A stretch of DNA of 64,000 nt, from the NCBI GenBank assembly GCA_017441605.1, contig JAFRXD010000002.1:25674-89673 (forward strand), given 5' to 3'. Source of the stretch: Thermoguttaceae bacterium. GTDB lineage: Bacteria > Planctomycetota > Planctomycetia > Pirellulales > Thermoguttaceae. Positions 34,557 to 44,574 of the stretch are shown here, in pieces; the first letter of the stretch is position 1, and every line of letters starts with the position of its first letter. A model generated the notes under the pieces. That model had not been told where the DNA came from. It saw nothing but the letters and a program-made list of their open reading frames with translations, and ran no database searches. Position numbers and translations under genes: made by a program.

Positions 34557-36446
34557 ATGGCGAGTCTTAATAATCTCGACCTCGCGGTATTGGCGCTCTT
34601 CTTTATGTCGACCCTTTTTATCGGTTGGCGAACGATGCGCAAGGCGGGTCAAAGTTCATCGGAGTTTTTCCTATCGGGTCGTTCGATTCCGTGGTGGCTG
34701 CTGGGTTTTTCGCTCGTGGCGACGACGTTTTCCGCCGACACGCCCAACCTTGTCACCGATATAGTTCGCAAGAACGGGGTTGCGGGAAATTGGTGCTGGT
34801 GGGCATTTTTGCCAACCGGTTTAACGACAGTTTTTATCTACGCGAAATTATGGCGCAAGTCGGGCGTAACGACGGATATCGAGTTTTACGAACTACGGTA
34901 TAGCGGTAAGTCGGGGGCGTTCGTGCGAGGATTTCGGACACTCTATCTCGGGCTAATCGTCAACACGTTCATTATGGCGTCGGTAACGCTCGCGATCATC
35001 AAGATTTTTGGCGTGATCCTCGGTTTCTCGCCGCTAATGACGACGCTGATCGCGGGAACGGTAACGGTGATATTTACGGCGGTCGGAGGGTTTTCGGCGG
35101 TACTTTGGGCGGACTTCGTACTGTTCATCGTGGCGATGGCGGGTAGTATTGCGGCGGCGATCGTGGCGGTCAAATTACCGGAGGTTGGGGGACTTTCCGG
35201 TTTGTTCTCGCATCCGGAGGTCGCGTCGAAATTGTCCTTCTTCCCCGATTTTTCCGATCATAAATCGGTTTTGACGCTTCTCGCGATTCCGCTCGTTGTT
35301 CAATGGTGGAGCGCGTGGTATCCAGGAGCGGAACCTGGCGGCGGGAGCTACACGGCGCAGCGCATGCTGGCGGCGAAGACTCCGGCGCACGCGGTCGGGG
35401 CAACGTTCTTCTTCAATGCGTGCCACTACGCGGTTCGTCCTTGGCCTTGGATACTTGTCGCGCTGGCGTCGATCATAATTTTCCCGAACTTGGACGCGCT
35501 CAAGGCGGCGTTTCCCGATTTGCCTTCCGGCGTGAACGTCAACGACGACTTGGCTTATCCGGCAATGATGACGAAGTTGCCGCACGGGATTTTAGGAATA
35601 GTCGTCGCTTCTTTGTTCGCGGCGTATATGTCGACGATCGCGACGCACCTGAATCTTGGGTCGTCCTATATGGTCAACGACTTCTATAAGCGATTTGTCA
35701 ATCCGACGGCGGAGGAAAAGAAACTGGTCGCGATTGGTCGTCTATGGACGGTCGGACTGATGATCGCGGCGTGCCTAATGGCGTTGGCGTTGAAAAACGC
35801 GCTGGACGCGTTCCAGATTTTGCTTTCGATCGGAGCGGGGACGGGGTTGTTGTTCCTCTTGCGATGGTTCTGGTGGCGACTTAACGCCTACAGCGAAATC
35901 GCGGCGATGTGTTTTGCGTTTCCGGTCGCGGTTTACTTTAAGTTCGGGCACCCGTTCGTTTGTCAGCATTGGTTTGGCATGGCCGAGGATGTGTTTAAGG
36001 AGTCGTGGCTTAGCGTTCCGGAATACCAGTTGGTCGCGACGGTCGTCGTCACGACGATCGGATGGCTGACGGTTACGTTCCTGACTCCTCCGGACGACAA
36101 AGAAACGCTTCGCGCGTTCGTTCGCAAGACGCGCGCCGGCGGACCGGGTTGGCGCAAGGTCTATCGAGACGCGGAGCAAGAGGGCGTTTCCCTGAAGGGC
36201 GCGAACGACAAGTGGCCGGTTCCGACGGGGATTTTGTGCAGCTTTGTCGGTTGCGTCGCGATTTACTGCGCGCTGTTCGCGGTCGGGGCGTATTTGTACG
36301 GCAAGTTTGTCGTAGGGACTTGGCTCTTGTTCGGGACGGTCGTCGGCGCGTTCCTGCTCTTCACTTGCTGGCGACGCTTGGAAGCGATTTCAGTAAAGAA
36401 CGGAGACGAAACGGAAGGCGGAGTCGAACTCGTTAAAGAAAACTGA
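34557..36446 (+). CDS. Sodium:solute symporter (SSS) family transporter
   Basis: 629 aa with about 13-14 TM helices. The N-terminal region (FFLSGRSIPWWLLGFSLVATTFSADTP) is typical of the SSS family. Confidence 0.8.
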   Translation: MASLNNLDLAVLALFFMSTLFIGWRTMRKAGQSSSEFFLSGRSIPWWLLGFSLVATTFSADTPNLVTDIVRKNGVAGNWCWWAFLPTGLTTVFIYAKLWRKSGVTTDIEFYELRYSGKSGAFVRGFRTLYLGLIVNTFIMASVTLAIIKIFGVILGFSPLMTTLIAGTVTVIFTAVGGFSAVLWADFVLFIVAMAGSIAAAIVAVKLPEVGGLSGLFSHPEVASKLSFFPDFSDHKSVLTLLAIPLVVQWWSAWYPGAEPGGGSYTAQRMLAAKTPAHAVGATFFFNACHYAVRPWPWILVALASIIIFPNLDALKAAFPDLPSGVNVNDDLAYPAMMTKLPHGILGIVVASLFAAYMSTIATHLNLGSSYMVNDFYKRFVNPTAEEKKLVAIGRLWTVGLMIAACLMALALKNALDAFQILLSIGAGTGLLFLLRWFWWRLNAYSEIAAMCFAFPVAVYFKFGHPFVCQHWFGMAEDVFKESWLSVPEYQLVATVVVTTIGWLTVTFLTPPDDKETLRAFVRKTRAGGPGWRKVYRDAEQEGVSLKGANDKWPVPTGILCSFVGCVAIYCALFAVGAYLYGKFVVGTWLLFGTVVGAFLLFTCWRRLEAISVKNGDETEGGVELVKEN

Positions 36447-36475
36447 CGCAAACGCTTTTTGTCCATCGAACTCTT

Positions 36476-36525
36476 GTAAAACAAAACGCGCCGACGTTTC
36501 CCCTTTTGGAACGTCGGCGCGCTTC
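36476..36525 (-). terminator. Terminator downstream of aroC (between convergent genes)
   Basis: ~13-bp stem gcgccgacgtt(t)cc/ggaacgtcggcgc. The minus strand then reads gttttgtttt. Confidence 0.65.
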
Positions 36526-36545
36526 ACTATTGAAACGTCCGTCGA

Positions 36546-37712
36546 TTAGTTTTCAAGTCTTTTGGCGGCGGAACGTTGGAACAAGTCGATTCGGTCTTTA
36601 ATTTCTTCGAGAGAATCGCCTCCAAATTTTTCGACGACGGCGGCGGCGATTTCAAACGCGACGACGTTCTCGACAACGACGCTGGCGGCGGAAATAGCGC
36701 AAACGTCGCTTCGCTCGAAGGACGCCTCCACAGGGTCTTTTGTTTGTAGATCGACAGAGCGCAGAGGTTTGCGAAGCGTGGGAATCGGTTTCATCGCGGC
36801 GCGAACGACGATCGGACGCGAATTTGTCATTCCCGCCTCCAAGCCTCCGGCTCGATTCGAGGGGCGGACGAAACCGAGACTTCTGGAATCGCGCGCGGAT
36901 TCGTCCCAAAAGATTTCGTCGTGGGCTTCGGAACCTGGAACTCGCGCGAGATTGAACCCGTCGCCAATTTCAACGCCTTTGATCGCTTGAATCGCGGCGA
37001 CGGCTCCGGCGACGCGTCCGTCAAGTTTCGCGGACCACTGGGCGTGGGTTCCGAGCCCGAAGGGGACGTTGAAGACGCGAACTTCGACGATCCCTCCAAG
37101 GGTATCGCCTTTTTCGCGCGCTTCGGCGATTTCCGTCTCCGCTTTAGGATCTAAATCGGGACGGAGAGAATAGATCGGACTCGCGTCGCGGACGGTTCGA
37201 GCTTTGTTCGCGCCTCCGTCGAAGAGCGACTCGTCGGGATTCATTTCGACCGAACCGATTCCGGTTACATATCCGAGCGCCTCGATACCAATTTCGCGCA
37301 ATAGTAGGCGCGCGAGGGCTCCGGCCGCGACGCGACCGGCGGTCTCGCGAGCGCTCGAGCGCTCTAAAATAGGTCGAATCCCGCGACCAAATTTGATCGA
37401 ACCGGCGAGATCGCCGTGTCCCGGTCTTGGTCGGACGAGCTCGGGCATCGACTCCAATTTGTAGTCTTTGTTTTTTACCCAGAGGAGGATCGGAGAGCCC
37501 ATACTTTGCCCGCGCAAAACGCCGGTCAGGATCTCGGCGCGATCGGCTTCAATCGCTTGCCTCCCGCCTCGTCCGCTCCCGCCTTGTCGTCTCCGCAGTT
37601 CGGAGTCGATAAAATCGGAGTCGAGCGGAACGCCCGCGGGGAAACCGTCAATAAGAGCCGCGATTCCCTTTCCGTGAGATTCGCCCGCCGTTTTATAGGT
37701 TAGCATATTCAT
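36546..37712 (-). CDS. aroC: Chorismate synthase
   Basis: 388 aa. TAGESHGKG, RRRQGGSGRGGRQ and RPGHGD motifs. Confidence 0.93.
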   Translation of the reverse strand: MNMLTYKTAGESHGKGIAALIDGFPAGVPLDSDFIDSELRRRQGGSGRGGRQAIEADRAEILTGVLRGQSMGSPILLWVKNKDYKLESMPELVRPRPGHGDLAGSIKFGRGIRPILERSSARETAGRVAAGALARLLLREIGIEALGYVTGIGSVEMNPDESLFDGGANKARTVRDASPIYSLRPDLDPKAETEIAEAREKGDTLGGIVEVRVFNVPFGLGTHAQWSAKLDGRVAGAVAAIQAIKGVEIGDGFNLARVPGSEAHDEIFWDESARDSRSLGFVRPSNRAGGLEAGMTNSRPIVVRAAMKPIPTLRKPLRSVDLQTKDPVEASFERSDVCAISAASVVVENVVAFEIAAAVVEKFGGDSLEEIKDRIDLFQRSAAKRLEN

Positions 37713-37738
37713 TTCTCCCTGATCGCGATTGTCGAAGA

Positions 37739-39169
37739 CTAAACGCGAAGTTCCGATTCCGCGACATTGAGATTGGGATATTTTTGACGAATCGGGTCGA
37801 CGATTTCTTGAATAAACTCGTCGACCTGCTCGGGGGCGCGCCCAATAAATTTTTCAGGTGCGATTTCGGCGTCGATATCGACTTTCGCAAAGACGGGGTC
37901 GTTTCGGAGTCTTTGTAGGAGATCGTTTTCTCCCCCCTCGATTTTAACGACGTTCGCGGCGGCGACGCTGTGTTGTCGAATATGTTCGTGGAGGTCTTGA
38001 CGATCGCCGCCCGCCTCGACCGCCGCCATAAGGATATTCTCGGTCGCCATAAAGGGCAGTTCGGCGCGGAGATTCTTTTCAATCACCTTGGGATAGACGA
38101 CGATGTTGTCGACGACATTCTTCATAATGATGAGAATCGCGTCGATCGCGAGGAACGCCTGCGGGATCGACAGGCGTCGATTGGCGCTGTCGTCGAGGGT
38201 TCTCTCCATCCATTGGGTGGCGATCGTCATCGCGGGGCTCGATTGTAGACTCATAACGAATCTCGCGAGGGAGCAGACTCTCTCGCAACGCATTGGATTG
38301 CGCTTGTACGCCATCGCGCTGGAACCGATTTGATTCTTTTCAAACGGTTCTTCCAATTCCTTTTTGTGCGCCAAGATACGCATATCGGTTCCAAATTTGT
38401 GGGCGCTTTGGGCGATTCTCGAGAGGACGTCGAGGATTTGTGCGTCGAGCTTGCGCGGGTATGTTTGACCAGTAACGGCGTAGGGCTTTTCGAAACCGAT
38501 CTTTTCGCAGACGCGCCGCTCGAGTTCGCGGACTTTCGCATGGTCGCCGTCGAAGAGTTTGAGAAAACTCGCCTGCGTGCCGGTCGTGCCCTTGTTGCCA
38601 AGAGTCCTCATTTTCGAGAGACGATACTCGAGGTCTTCCAAATCGGTCGCGAGATCATAGGTCCAAAGAGTCGCGCGCTTTCCGACGGTGGTCGGTTGCG
38701 CCGGTTGAAGATGGGTTAATCCCAAGCAGGGAAGAGCGCGGTATTTGGAAGCGAACTTCGCGAGGCTATCGATAACGGCGACCAAGCGATCGCGAACCAT
38801 TTTTAAGGCGTCCCGATAGAGAATACAATCGCCGTTGTCGGTGACGAAGCAACTCGTGGCGCCAAGGTGGATCACGCCGCGGGCGCTGGGGCAGACGTCG
38901 CCGTAGGTATGGACGTGGGCCATAACGTCGTGGCGGAGCTTCTTTTCGTAGGTAGCGGCGACTTCGAAGTCTATGTCGTCAATATGAGCTTTCAGTTCGT
39001 CAACTTGCTCTCGAGTAACGGGGAGCCCGAGCTCAAGTTCCGATTCGGCGAGAGCGACCCAGAGTTTGCGCCAAGTCGAAAACTTCTTCTGGGGACCGAA
39101 ATGTTCGCACATTTCGCGAGACGCGTATCGCTCGATTAACGGGTTATCGTAGTTTAGTCGTTTTTCCAT
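37739..39169 (-). CDS. purB: Adenylosuccinate lyase
   Basis: [13 protein letters not shown]-terminus and the fumarate-lyase signature [12 protein letters not shown] prefer the ATG at 39169; the ORF is open to a TTG at 39214. It lies 26 nt upstream of aroC, so the two are a likely operon. Confidence 0.92.
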   Translation of the reverse strand: MEKRLNYDNPLIERYASREMCEHFGPQKKFSTWRKLWVALAESELELGLPVTREQVDELKAHIDDIDFEVAATYEKKLRHDVMAHVHTYGDVCPSARGVIHLGATSCFVTDNGDCILYRDALKMVRDRLVAVIDSLAKFASKYRALPCLGLTHLQPAQPTTVGKRATLWTYDLATDLEDLEYRLSKMRTLGNKGTTGTQASFLKLFDGDHAKVRELERRVCEKIGFEKPYAVTGQTYPRKLDAQILDVLSRIAQSAHKFGTDMRILAHKKELEEPFEKNQIGSSAMAYKRNPMRCERVCSLARFVMSLQSSPAMTIATQWMERTLDDSANRRLSIPQAFLAIDAILIIMKNVVDNIVVYPKVIEKNLRAELPFMATENILMAAVEAGGDRQDLHEHIRQHSVAAANVVKIEGGENDLLQRLRNDPVFAKVDIDAEIAPEKFIGRAPEQVDEFIQEIVDPIRQKYPNLNVAESELRV

Positions 39170-39209
39170 TGCGTCGATCGTCCTCGCGCCGAATCTTTTA
39201 AATTTACTC

Positions 39210-39246
39210 GGCAAAATATTTCGCTTTACGTCGCGAAATATTGCCC
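39210..39246. promoter_or_regulatory. Inverted repeat (candidate operator or 5' hairpin) just upstream of purB
   Basis: AATATTTCGC-N8-GCGAAATATT, extended by flanking GGC/GCC, about 41 nt upstream of the purB ATG. Confidence 0.35.
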
Positions 39247-39253
39247 AAGAAAC

Positions 39254-39279
39254 AAAAAACCGCGAACATAATTCGCGGT
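39254..39279 (-). terminator. Terminator (second of a tandem pair) downstream of tRNA-Pro
   Basis: Stem accgcgaa/ttcgcggt, with A6 on the plus strand (T-run on the minus strand). Confidence 0.7.
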
Positions 39280-39290
39280 CTTGTTATACA

Positions 39291-39317
39291 AAAAAAACCG
39301 CGAACAAAGCTCGCGGT
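39291..39317 (-). terminator. Terminator (first of a tandem pair) downstream of tRNA-Pro
   Basis: Stem accgcga/tcgcggt, with A7 on the plus strand. Near-duplicate of the hairpin at 39254-39279. Confidence 0.7.
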
Positions 39318-39325
39318 CGACAAAA

Positions 39326-39400
<75 letters not shown>

Positions 39401-39571
39401 AGCCGTTACAAGCGACCTTTTTGACGGGATTCGGGAACCCGCATCGCTCGAACGCCGGTCGACCGCTCGCGCAATCGACGGGTTATATTCTAGCAATCAT
39501 TTCTTCTTCGTCAAGGCGCTTTTCTTTTTTTTTTACGAAACAGGTTGTCCCCCCGAGGAATCCAAAGGATA

Positions 39572-39599
39572 TTGACAATCCTTTTAATTTCGCTATAAT
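39572..39599 (+). promoter_or_regulatory. Consensus sigma70-type promoter of the DUF1559-lipoprotein pair
   Basis: TTGACA, 16-nt spacer, TATAAT. Both hexamers are perfect. About 65 nt upstream of the ATG at 39664. Confidence 0.6.
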
Positions 39600-39663
39600 T
39601 GGGTTGCGAGGTCTTCGTAGATTTTCGCCCTCGCGCATCAAGCACTTTTTGGGAGTTTTAACA

Positions 39664-40836
39664 ATGAAAACAACGAAAGGTTTTACCCTTGTCGAGTTGC
39701 TGGTCGTTATCGCGATCATCGGCATTTTGATCGGTTTGCTACTTCCGGCGGTTCAGGCCGCGCGCGAAGCGGCTCGTCGCATGCAGTGCACCAACAACTT
39801 GAAGCAACTCGGACTTGCGGTTCAGAATTTCGAGAGCGCGAACAAGCGTCTTCCGAACCAAACTCACGACGAATTTTGGGTCAAGGGTTTTTGTCAATCT
39901 GGCACGAAGAACCGAATCGACGCGGTCGACGTGTACTCCGTCTTCTCGTTGTTGCTTCCTTTCGTCGAGCAACAACCTTTGATGGATCGCATCACCGGTT
40001 ATTGTTCCGCCGCCGCGAGCGCGAATCCTTACACCTGGCAGACCAATCCTCAAAATATTCCGCTTCCCTGGACCGGGGGAACTATGATCGACGGGAGCGA
40101 CAACCCGTTCACAACGGTCGTTCCGACATTTCTTTGTCCCTCGGACGGCAATAGCCTGACTGCGAACGTTACCAACGGCGGTAACGGCAAGTACAGTGGT
40201 TGCACCAACTACGGATGCAATCGCGGCGATTTTATGATCGGCACCACTTGGGGCGAGAATAAGAACAAGCGCGGCGTTTTCTTTGATGGACAAATCGGCG
40301 GTCAAATGACGCTTTCGACGATTACCGACGGCACGTCCAATACGATGTTGTTTGGTGAAATTAACGCCTCCGATATGAACGGCGATATGTATTATAAGTC
40401 GACCGTTCAAATCGCTGGTATTCATGGTCAACCGGCTTCCGCTTGTATGGCAATGCGGGGCGAAAATGGGATGGCGGCCGACATAAACAATTGTTGGTCG
40501 ATTAAGGGACGTCGTTGGGCCGACAGCCGCGCCGCGTACACGAACTTCCACGCGGCGCTTCCTCCGAACGCTCCGAGTTGCGCGTCCAATACCGACGAAG
40601 GCGGCGGGTGCATGTGCATCACCGCTTCCAGCAACCATAGCGGAGGCGCGAATGTTTGCATGGTCGACGGTTCCGTTCGATTCGTCTCCGAAACGATCGA
40701 CTGCGGCGACATTACCCACGTTCTCGGCTATCCGCAGTGGACCGGCGAAGGTCACCAGTGGAAGGGTCCCTCGACGCAAGGCGTCTGGGGCGCTATGGCG
40801 ACGCCTCGCGGTAAAGAAACGGTCAGTACGAACTGA
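39664..40836 (+). CDS. DUF1559 family protein with prepilin-type N-terminal leader
   Basis: [45 protein letters not shown]. The C-terminal [25 protein letters not shown] region is typical of DUF1559. The ORF is open from 39421, but the leader motif places the start at 39664. Confidence 0.88.
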   Translation: MKTTKGFTLVELLVVIAIIGILIGLLLPAVQAAREAARRMQCTNNLKQLGLAVQNFESANKRLPNQTHDEFWVKGFCQSGTKNRIDAVDVYSVFSLLLPFVEQQPLMDRITGYCSAAASANPYTWQTNPQNIPLPWTGGTMIDGSDNPFTTVVPTFLCPSDGNSLTANVTNGGNGKYSGCTNYGCNRGDFMIGTTWGENKNKRGVFFDGQIGGQMTLSTITDGTSNTMLFGEINASDMNGDMYYKSTVQIAGIHGQPASACMAMRGENGMAADINNCWSIKGRRWADSRAAYTNFHAALPPNAPSCASNTDEGGGCMCITASSNHSGGANVCMVDGSVRFVSETIDCGDITHVLGYPQWTGEGHQWKGPSTQGVWGAMATPRGKETVSTN

Positions 40837-40979
40837 GCTTCATTTGTTTCGGTTCTCGCGACCGGATTTGATTTGGTTTAATTTAGTTCGGCGCTTTCCG
40901 TCCTTATTCGACGCGGGCGCCGGATTTTTTTATACGTCGCGCTCGCGCTTTTTGAACAGTAGAAAAGCGAGCGAATAAA

Positions 40980-41456
40980 ATGAAGATTAGGAACGATTTC
41001 ATAATGAAGAAGAGTTTTGTCGCTTTCGCGCTTTTGCTTTGCGCGTTGATAGTCGTTATTGGTTGCGGTAGGAAAGTTACGAAGACGGAAGGGGTTACTG
41101 GTAAAGTTACCTTGAACGGAGAGCCCTTAGCGGGGGCGACCGTGTTTTTTGTCGCTCTTGATAAGAACTCCGGGGCGCTCGATTCTTTCGCGCGAACGGG
41201 CGAAGACGGAACCTACAAATTGCAAACGCTAACGGGCGCGGCCAACGCCGGAACGACTCCCGGAAAGTACGCCGTCAAGTTCGACGCGCAAGAGCAGTAC
41301 GACACGGGAAAGACGCAGATGGTCAACGGGGAGGAAGTCCCGGTGATGGACTCGCGCAGTCTTTTGCCGAAGAAATACAACGACGAGAAAACCGCGGGTT
41401 TTGAAGTCGAGGTCGTTAAGGGCGCGAACGAGTTCAATTTCGATCTCGAGAAATAA
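40980..41456 (+). CDS. Small lipoprotein with carboxypeptidase-regulatory-like beta-sandwich region
   Basis: Lipobox ...LLLCALIVVIGC, then GKVTLNGEPLAGATVFF...EDGTYKL pattern. The start could be the ATG at 41004 (MKKSF). Confidence 0.7.
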   Translation: MKIRNDFIMKKSFVAFALLLCALIVVIGCGRKVTKTEGVTGKVTLNGEPLAGATVFFVALDKNSGALDSFARTGEDGTYKLQTLTGAANAGTTPGKYAVKFDAQEQYDTGKTQMVNGEEVPVMDSRSLLPKKYNDEKTAGFEVEVVKGANEFNFDLEK

Positions 41457-41487
41457 GCCCCTTTTTCTCCCTCTCAATAACGAAAAG

Positions 41488-41525
41488 AAAAACTCGCGCG
41501 TTTATTCGACGCGCGAGTTTTTCTT
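41488..41525. terminator. Bidirectional terminator
   Basis: aaaaactcgcgcg / cgcgcgagttttt, flanked by A and T runs, between convergent genes. Confidence 0.8.
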
Positions 41526-41557
41526 TTCACAGAGCGAGTCAAGCTCGCCGCGGATTC

Positions 41558-43450
41558 TTATTTCAATTCCTTGATCACGTCGGCGAGGTCGTTCATATCG
41601 ACGATATTGGAACGGACGACTTTCCCGGACTTGTCGATAAGAATGGCCCACGGGGCGTTTTGCACGCCTAACGCGATGGCGGGAGCGCCCATAAGGCCTT
41701 GCGGGTCGCAAACGTTCTTCCACGGAATTCCGGCGAAGATTTGCTTGTAGTAATCGTTCGCGTTTCCACCGGCGGGGACGGGATCGAGATTGACTCCGAC
41801 CACGTTGACTTGGGAAGCGATTTTCTTCACGGCGTCGACGCTATCGGGATCCCAGCTCGCCCAACAGAAGATAACGGTCGGTTTACCGGCGAGGGCGTTA
41901 AGATCGCAAACTCCTCCGCCAAAGTATTTCATTGCGGGGAAGTTCAGTTTGCCCCCCTCGGACTGCAGTCTCGCGATCGCTCCCGCCGCCTTTTTGCCGA
42001 TTGGCGAGTCGGCGAAGTTTTGGGCGACCTTTTGATAGTATTCGAGAGCCGCGTCGTTTTCGAGCATATACTCTTGGTCGAGCGCCAAGCTCATGGCGGC
42101 CTCGGCTCCGGCGCTCGTCGAGGAGTATTCTTCGACGAAAGCGGTCAGGTCGTCGGCGTATTTTTCTTGCGCCTTTTGGAGAACGGACTGTTTCGGCTGC
42201 GGTTGAGCTTGCGCGACCGAGTAAAATTCGGCGACGATAAGACGATGGCGAATAAGCGCTTTTACTTCGACGTCCACGTCGTCTCCGCACGCCTCGGCGA
42301 GGGACTCGAGCTTTTGCGCGCCTTGCGGATACATACCGGACTGAACGCCACTAAAAATGACATTGACGGCCTGCGAGAGCATCGCGCTTCGCTCGGAGGG
42401 GTTGTTCTCGGCGACGTTTAGTAGCAACTCGACGGTTTCGTCGCAGACTTTCGCATAGTTTTCCGGAGAGGCCGCGTCGAGTTTTTGGAACGCCTCGCTT
42501 AGTTGGGCGCCGAATTCACCAATATCGCCGGACACTTCGGCTCCGGAACCGGACGCTCCGGCGGCCGGGAAGAAGATCGAAGAGGCGGTAACGGCTCCGG
42601 TCGCTTGTCCGAACGGCTCGCCGGCGGGTAGCCCCACGATTTTCCAAGTTTCGCCGACTTTAACGAGATCGCCAACGTAGATTTGCTGATTTTGCGAAGC
42701 GTCGTCGCCCTTCATCACGACCACCGCGGCGTTATAGTAGACGAACAGATCTTGCGTCGACTCTTTTCCAGCGGGAATTGCCGCGGGCAGAGAGGTGTTG
42801 AAAGCTCCCCAACGCGCGTCGGCTGGCATATTTAACGTCTTTGCAAGTTTGGCGAAATTTGCTTCGCTAGCCTCGGCGATTTCCTTTTGAAGTTCGGCCG
42901 CCAACGGTTCGACAATCCCGAGCGCCTTGACGTCGTCCGCGGTTAGAGCGACGCGTTGAAATCGAGCATAATCGTTTTCAACAAGCGCGGCGACGACTTC
43001 TTGGGTCGCCTCTTCCGGGGAGATGACGAGCCATTTTTCGATCGATTTATTTGCGGCGAGCTTTCCTCTACGAGTCCCGCCGGCGTTTAGCCATCGCGCC
43101 TCTTTACCTAGCACGTCGCGATAGACTTCTTGGCCGTTGCGATAGAATCGCATTTGTTCGATCTGTTTTTTGTCATCGGGGGCGCACCAGACGCGGAGAG
43201 GGGTCGCGCCGTCGGGGGCGTAAAGACCGTATCCTTTAACCCCGGTTTCTTTGAACGGTTTGACTTTGCAATTCGGAACCTCTTCCGGGGTCGGGACGTC
43301 GATAACGACGCCCGGCTGGGTCGGAGCTCGACTCAAGAATTGCTCCGGGGTGAACTGTTGCGCAAAGACGGTCGTTCCGACGGTCGCGAACACGACCGCG
43401 ACGCTTTTGGCGAGCGGGAAACGAACGACTAAACGTTTTGTAAAACTCAT
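41558..43450 (-). CDS. Secreted protein with C-terminal thioredoxin-fold (TlpA/redoxin-like) domain lacking the CxxC motif
   Basis: 630 aa with a signal peptide. The C-terminal PTVIFCWASWDPDSVDAVKKI...WAILIDKSGKVV resembles a redoxin fold, with WDPDS in place of WCxxC. Confidence 0.65.
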   Translation of the reverse strand: MSFTKRLVVRFPLAKSVAVVFATVGTTVFAQQFTPEQFLSRAPTQPGVVIDVPTPEEVPNCKVKPFKETGVKGYGLYAPDGATPLRVWCAPDDKKQIEQMRFYRNGQEVYRDVLGKEARWLNAGGTRRGKLAANKSIEKWLVISPEEATQEVVAALVENDYARFQRVALTADDVKALGIVEPLAAELQKEIAEASEANFAKLAKTLNMPADARWGAFNTSLPAAIPAGKESTQDLFVYYNAAVVVMKGDDASQNQQIYVGDLVKVGETWKIVGLPAGEPFGQATGAVTASSIFFPAAGASGSGAEVSGDIGEFGAQLSEAFQKLDAASPENYAKVCDETVELLLNVAENNPSERSAMLSQAVNVIFSGVQSGMYPQGAQKLESLAEACGDDVDVEVKALIRHRLIVAEFYSVAQAQPQPKQSVLQKAQEKYADDLTAFVEEYSSTSAGAEAAMSLALDQEYMLENDAALEYYQKVAQNFADSPIGKKAAGAIARLQSEGGKLNFPAMKYFGGGVCDLNALAGKPTVIFCWASWDPDSVDAVKKIASQVNVVGVNLDPVPAGGNANDYYKQIFAGIPWKNVCDPQGLMGAPAIALGVQNAPWAILIDKSGKVVRSNIVDMNDLADVIKELK

Positions 43451-43544
43451 TAAACGAACTCCTTACGGGACGTCGCCATTGTAAACAGAGGAAACCGAAC
43501 AAGTCGTCGAGCGATTTGTTCGGCAAGACAAGGGTCGAGATCCG

Positions 43545-43579
43545 TTAAAACTAGCCCGTCGACGTTAAGTTCGACGGGC
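43545..43579 (-). terminator. Possible terminator after the Cys-rich protein gene
   Basis: 9-bp stem gcccgtcga/tcgacgggc. The minus strand then reads tagtttta. Confidence 0.45.
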
Positions 43580-43626
43580 GCGTTTCGCAATCGGACGATC
43601 GACTGTCAAAGCTCGGTCGCTTCCGG

Positions 43627-44574
43627 TTATTGAATCGGTCGCGTTTGTCCGAAGGTTTTGGTCGCAGAAGCGCGATCCGACTCGGGACGTTCGCTCACGA
43701 TGCGAACGTTCGATTTGTTTTGCAGTTCCTTAGCTTGACGAATCGTTAGCGGTCGTTGGACTTGGGCGTTTCTTCGAACTTGAGGAACATTGTTTTTGGG
43801 GGATTGTTTCGTCGCCGCGCTCTTTTGAACGGGCGCTTGCGCTTGAACGGGACGAATCTTGTTGGACTCGCCTTCGCTCCGCTCGTACCCGACCGACCTT
43901 ACGCCGGATTGGGACGGAACGTTGCCGACAAACTCTTGGACGTTAAAATTGCGAACCTTGCGCATAGCGAAGCCGCCTCGGGAGCTTCCGTTAATTGGAA
44001 GCGCGGGCACGGGGCGCCCTCCCCTCGTCGGAGACGCGTCGTATTGTTCCGAGTCGTAAACCGCCGCCGAATATGGGCCGGCGGGATAGGAGTCAACGTA
44101 AGCTCCCTGGGATTGGGGACAATAGGAACCGGGGTAGGTCTCGCAGTTGTCGTTGCATCCTCCGACGTAATCGCCGCAAATATTGCAAGGATTGCAGGGG
44201 GTCTTTTCGGGATAGGGGGCGCATCCGCAATCCGGGAAGACTCCGTCCGTGAATTCGCAATAAATCCAGCGGAAGGGGGAGATCGCCGCGTTCAGCGCTC
44301 CGGCTAGGACTCCTCCCAGATCTAGGCAACAACCCTCGCCATAGCCGCCGCAATATCCCGCGCCGCAGTAGGAACCGGAGTATCCGCCGCAGCCGACGTC
44401 GCAACTAGGCTCGCAACTTGGAACGTCGCAAGACGGCGCCTCGCAAGTGGGAGCGGGCAAATCGCAGGAGGGAGCGCAAGCTCCGGAACCATATTGAGCG
44501 CTAACGCTCGAAACGACCCCTAGGGTCGCAAAAACCGTCGCGACTACGGTCGCAATCGTCCTATTCGCTTTCAT
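43627..44574 (-). CDS. Cysteine-rich secreted hypothetical protein
   Basis: 315 aa with a signal peptide ending SVSAQ. By my count, 20 Cys in the next ~125 residues, including PSCD/PSCE repeats and GYCGG motifs. The C-terminal half is basic, Gln/Val-rich and low in complexity. Confidence 0.65.
   Translation of the reverse strand: MKANRTIATVVATVFATLGVVSSVSAQYGSGACAPSCDLPAPTCEAPSCDVPSCEPSCDVGCGGYSGSYCGAGYCGGYGEGCCLDLGGVLAGALNAAISPFRWIYCEFTDGVFPDCGCAPYPEKTPCNPCNICGDYVGGCNDNCETYPGSYCPQSQGAYVDSYPAGPYSAAVYDSEQYDASPTRGGRPVPALPINGSSRGGFAMRKVRNFNVQEFVGNVPSQSGVRSVGYERSEGESNKIRPVQAQAPVQKSAATKQSPKNNVPQVRRNAQVQRPLTIRQAKELQNKSNVRIVSERPESDRASATKTFGQTRPIQ

Noticed and set aside
39739-40779. 346-aa ORF antisense to the DUF1559 gene
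   Set aside because: It is a shadow ORF. The plus-strand gene has the diagnostic prepilin leader and DUF1559 C-terminal motif.
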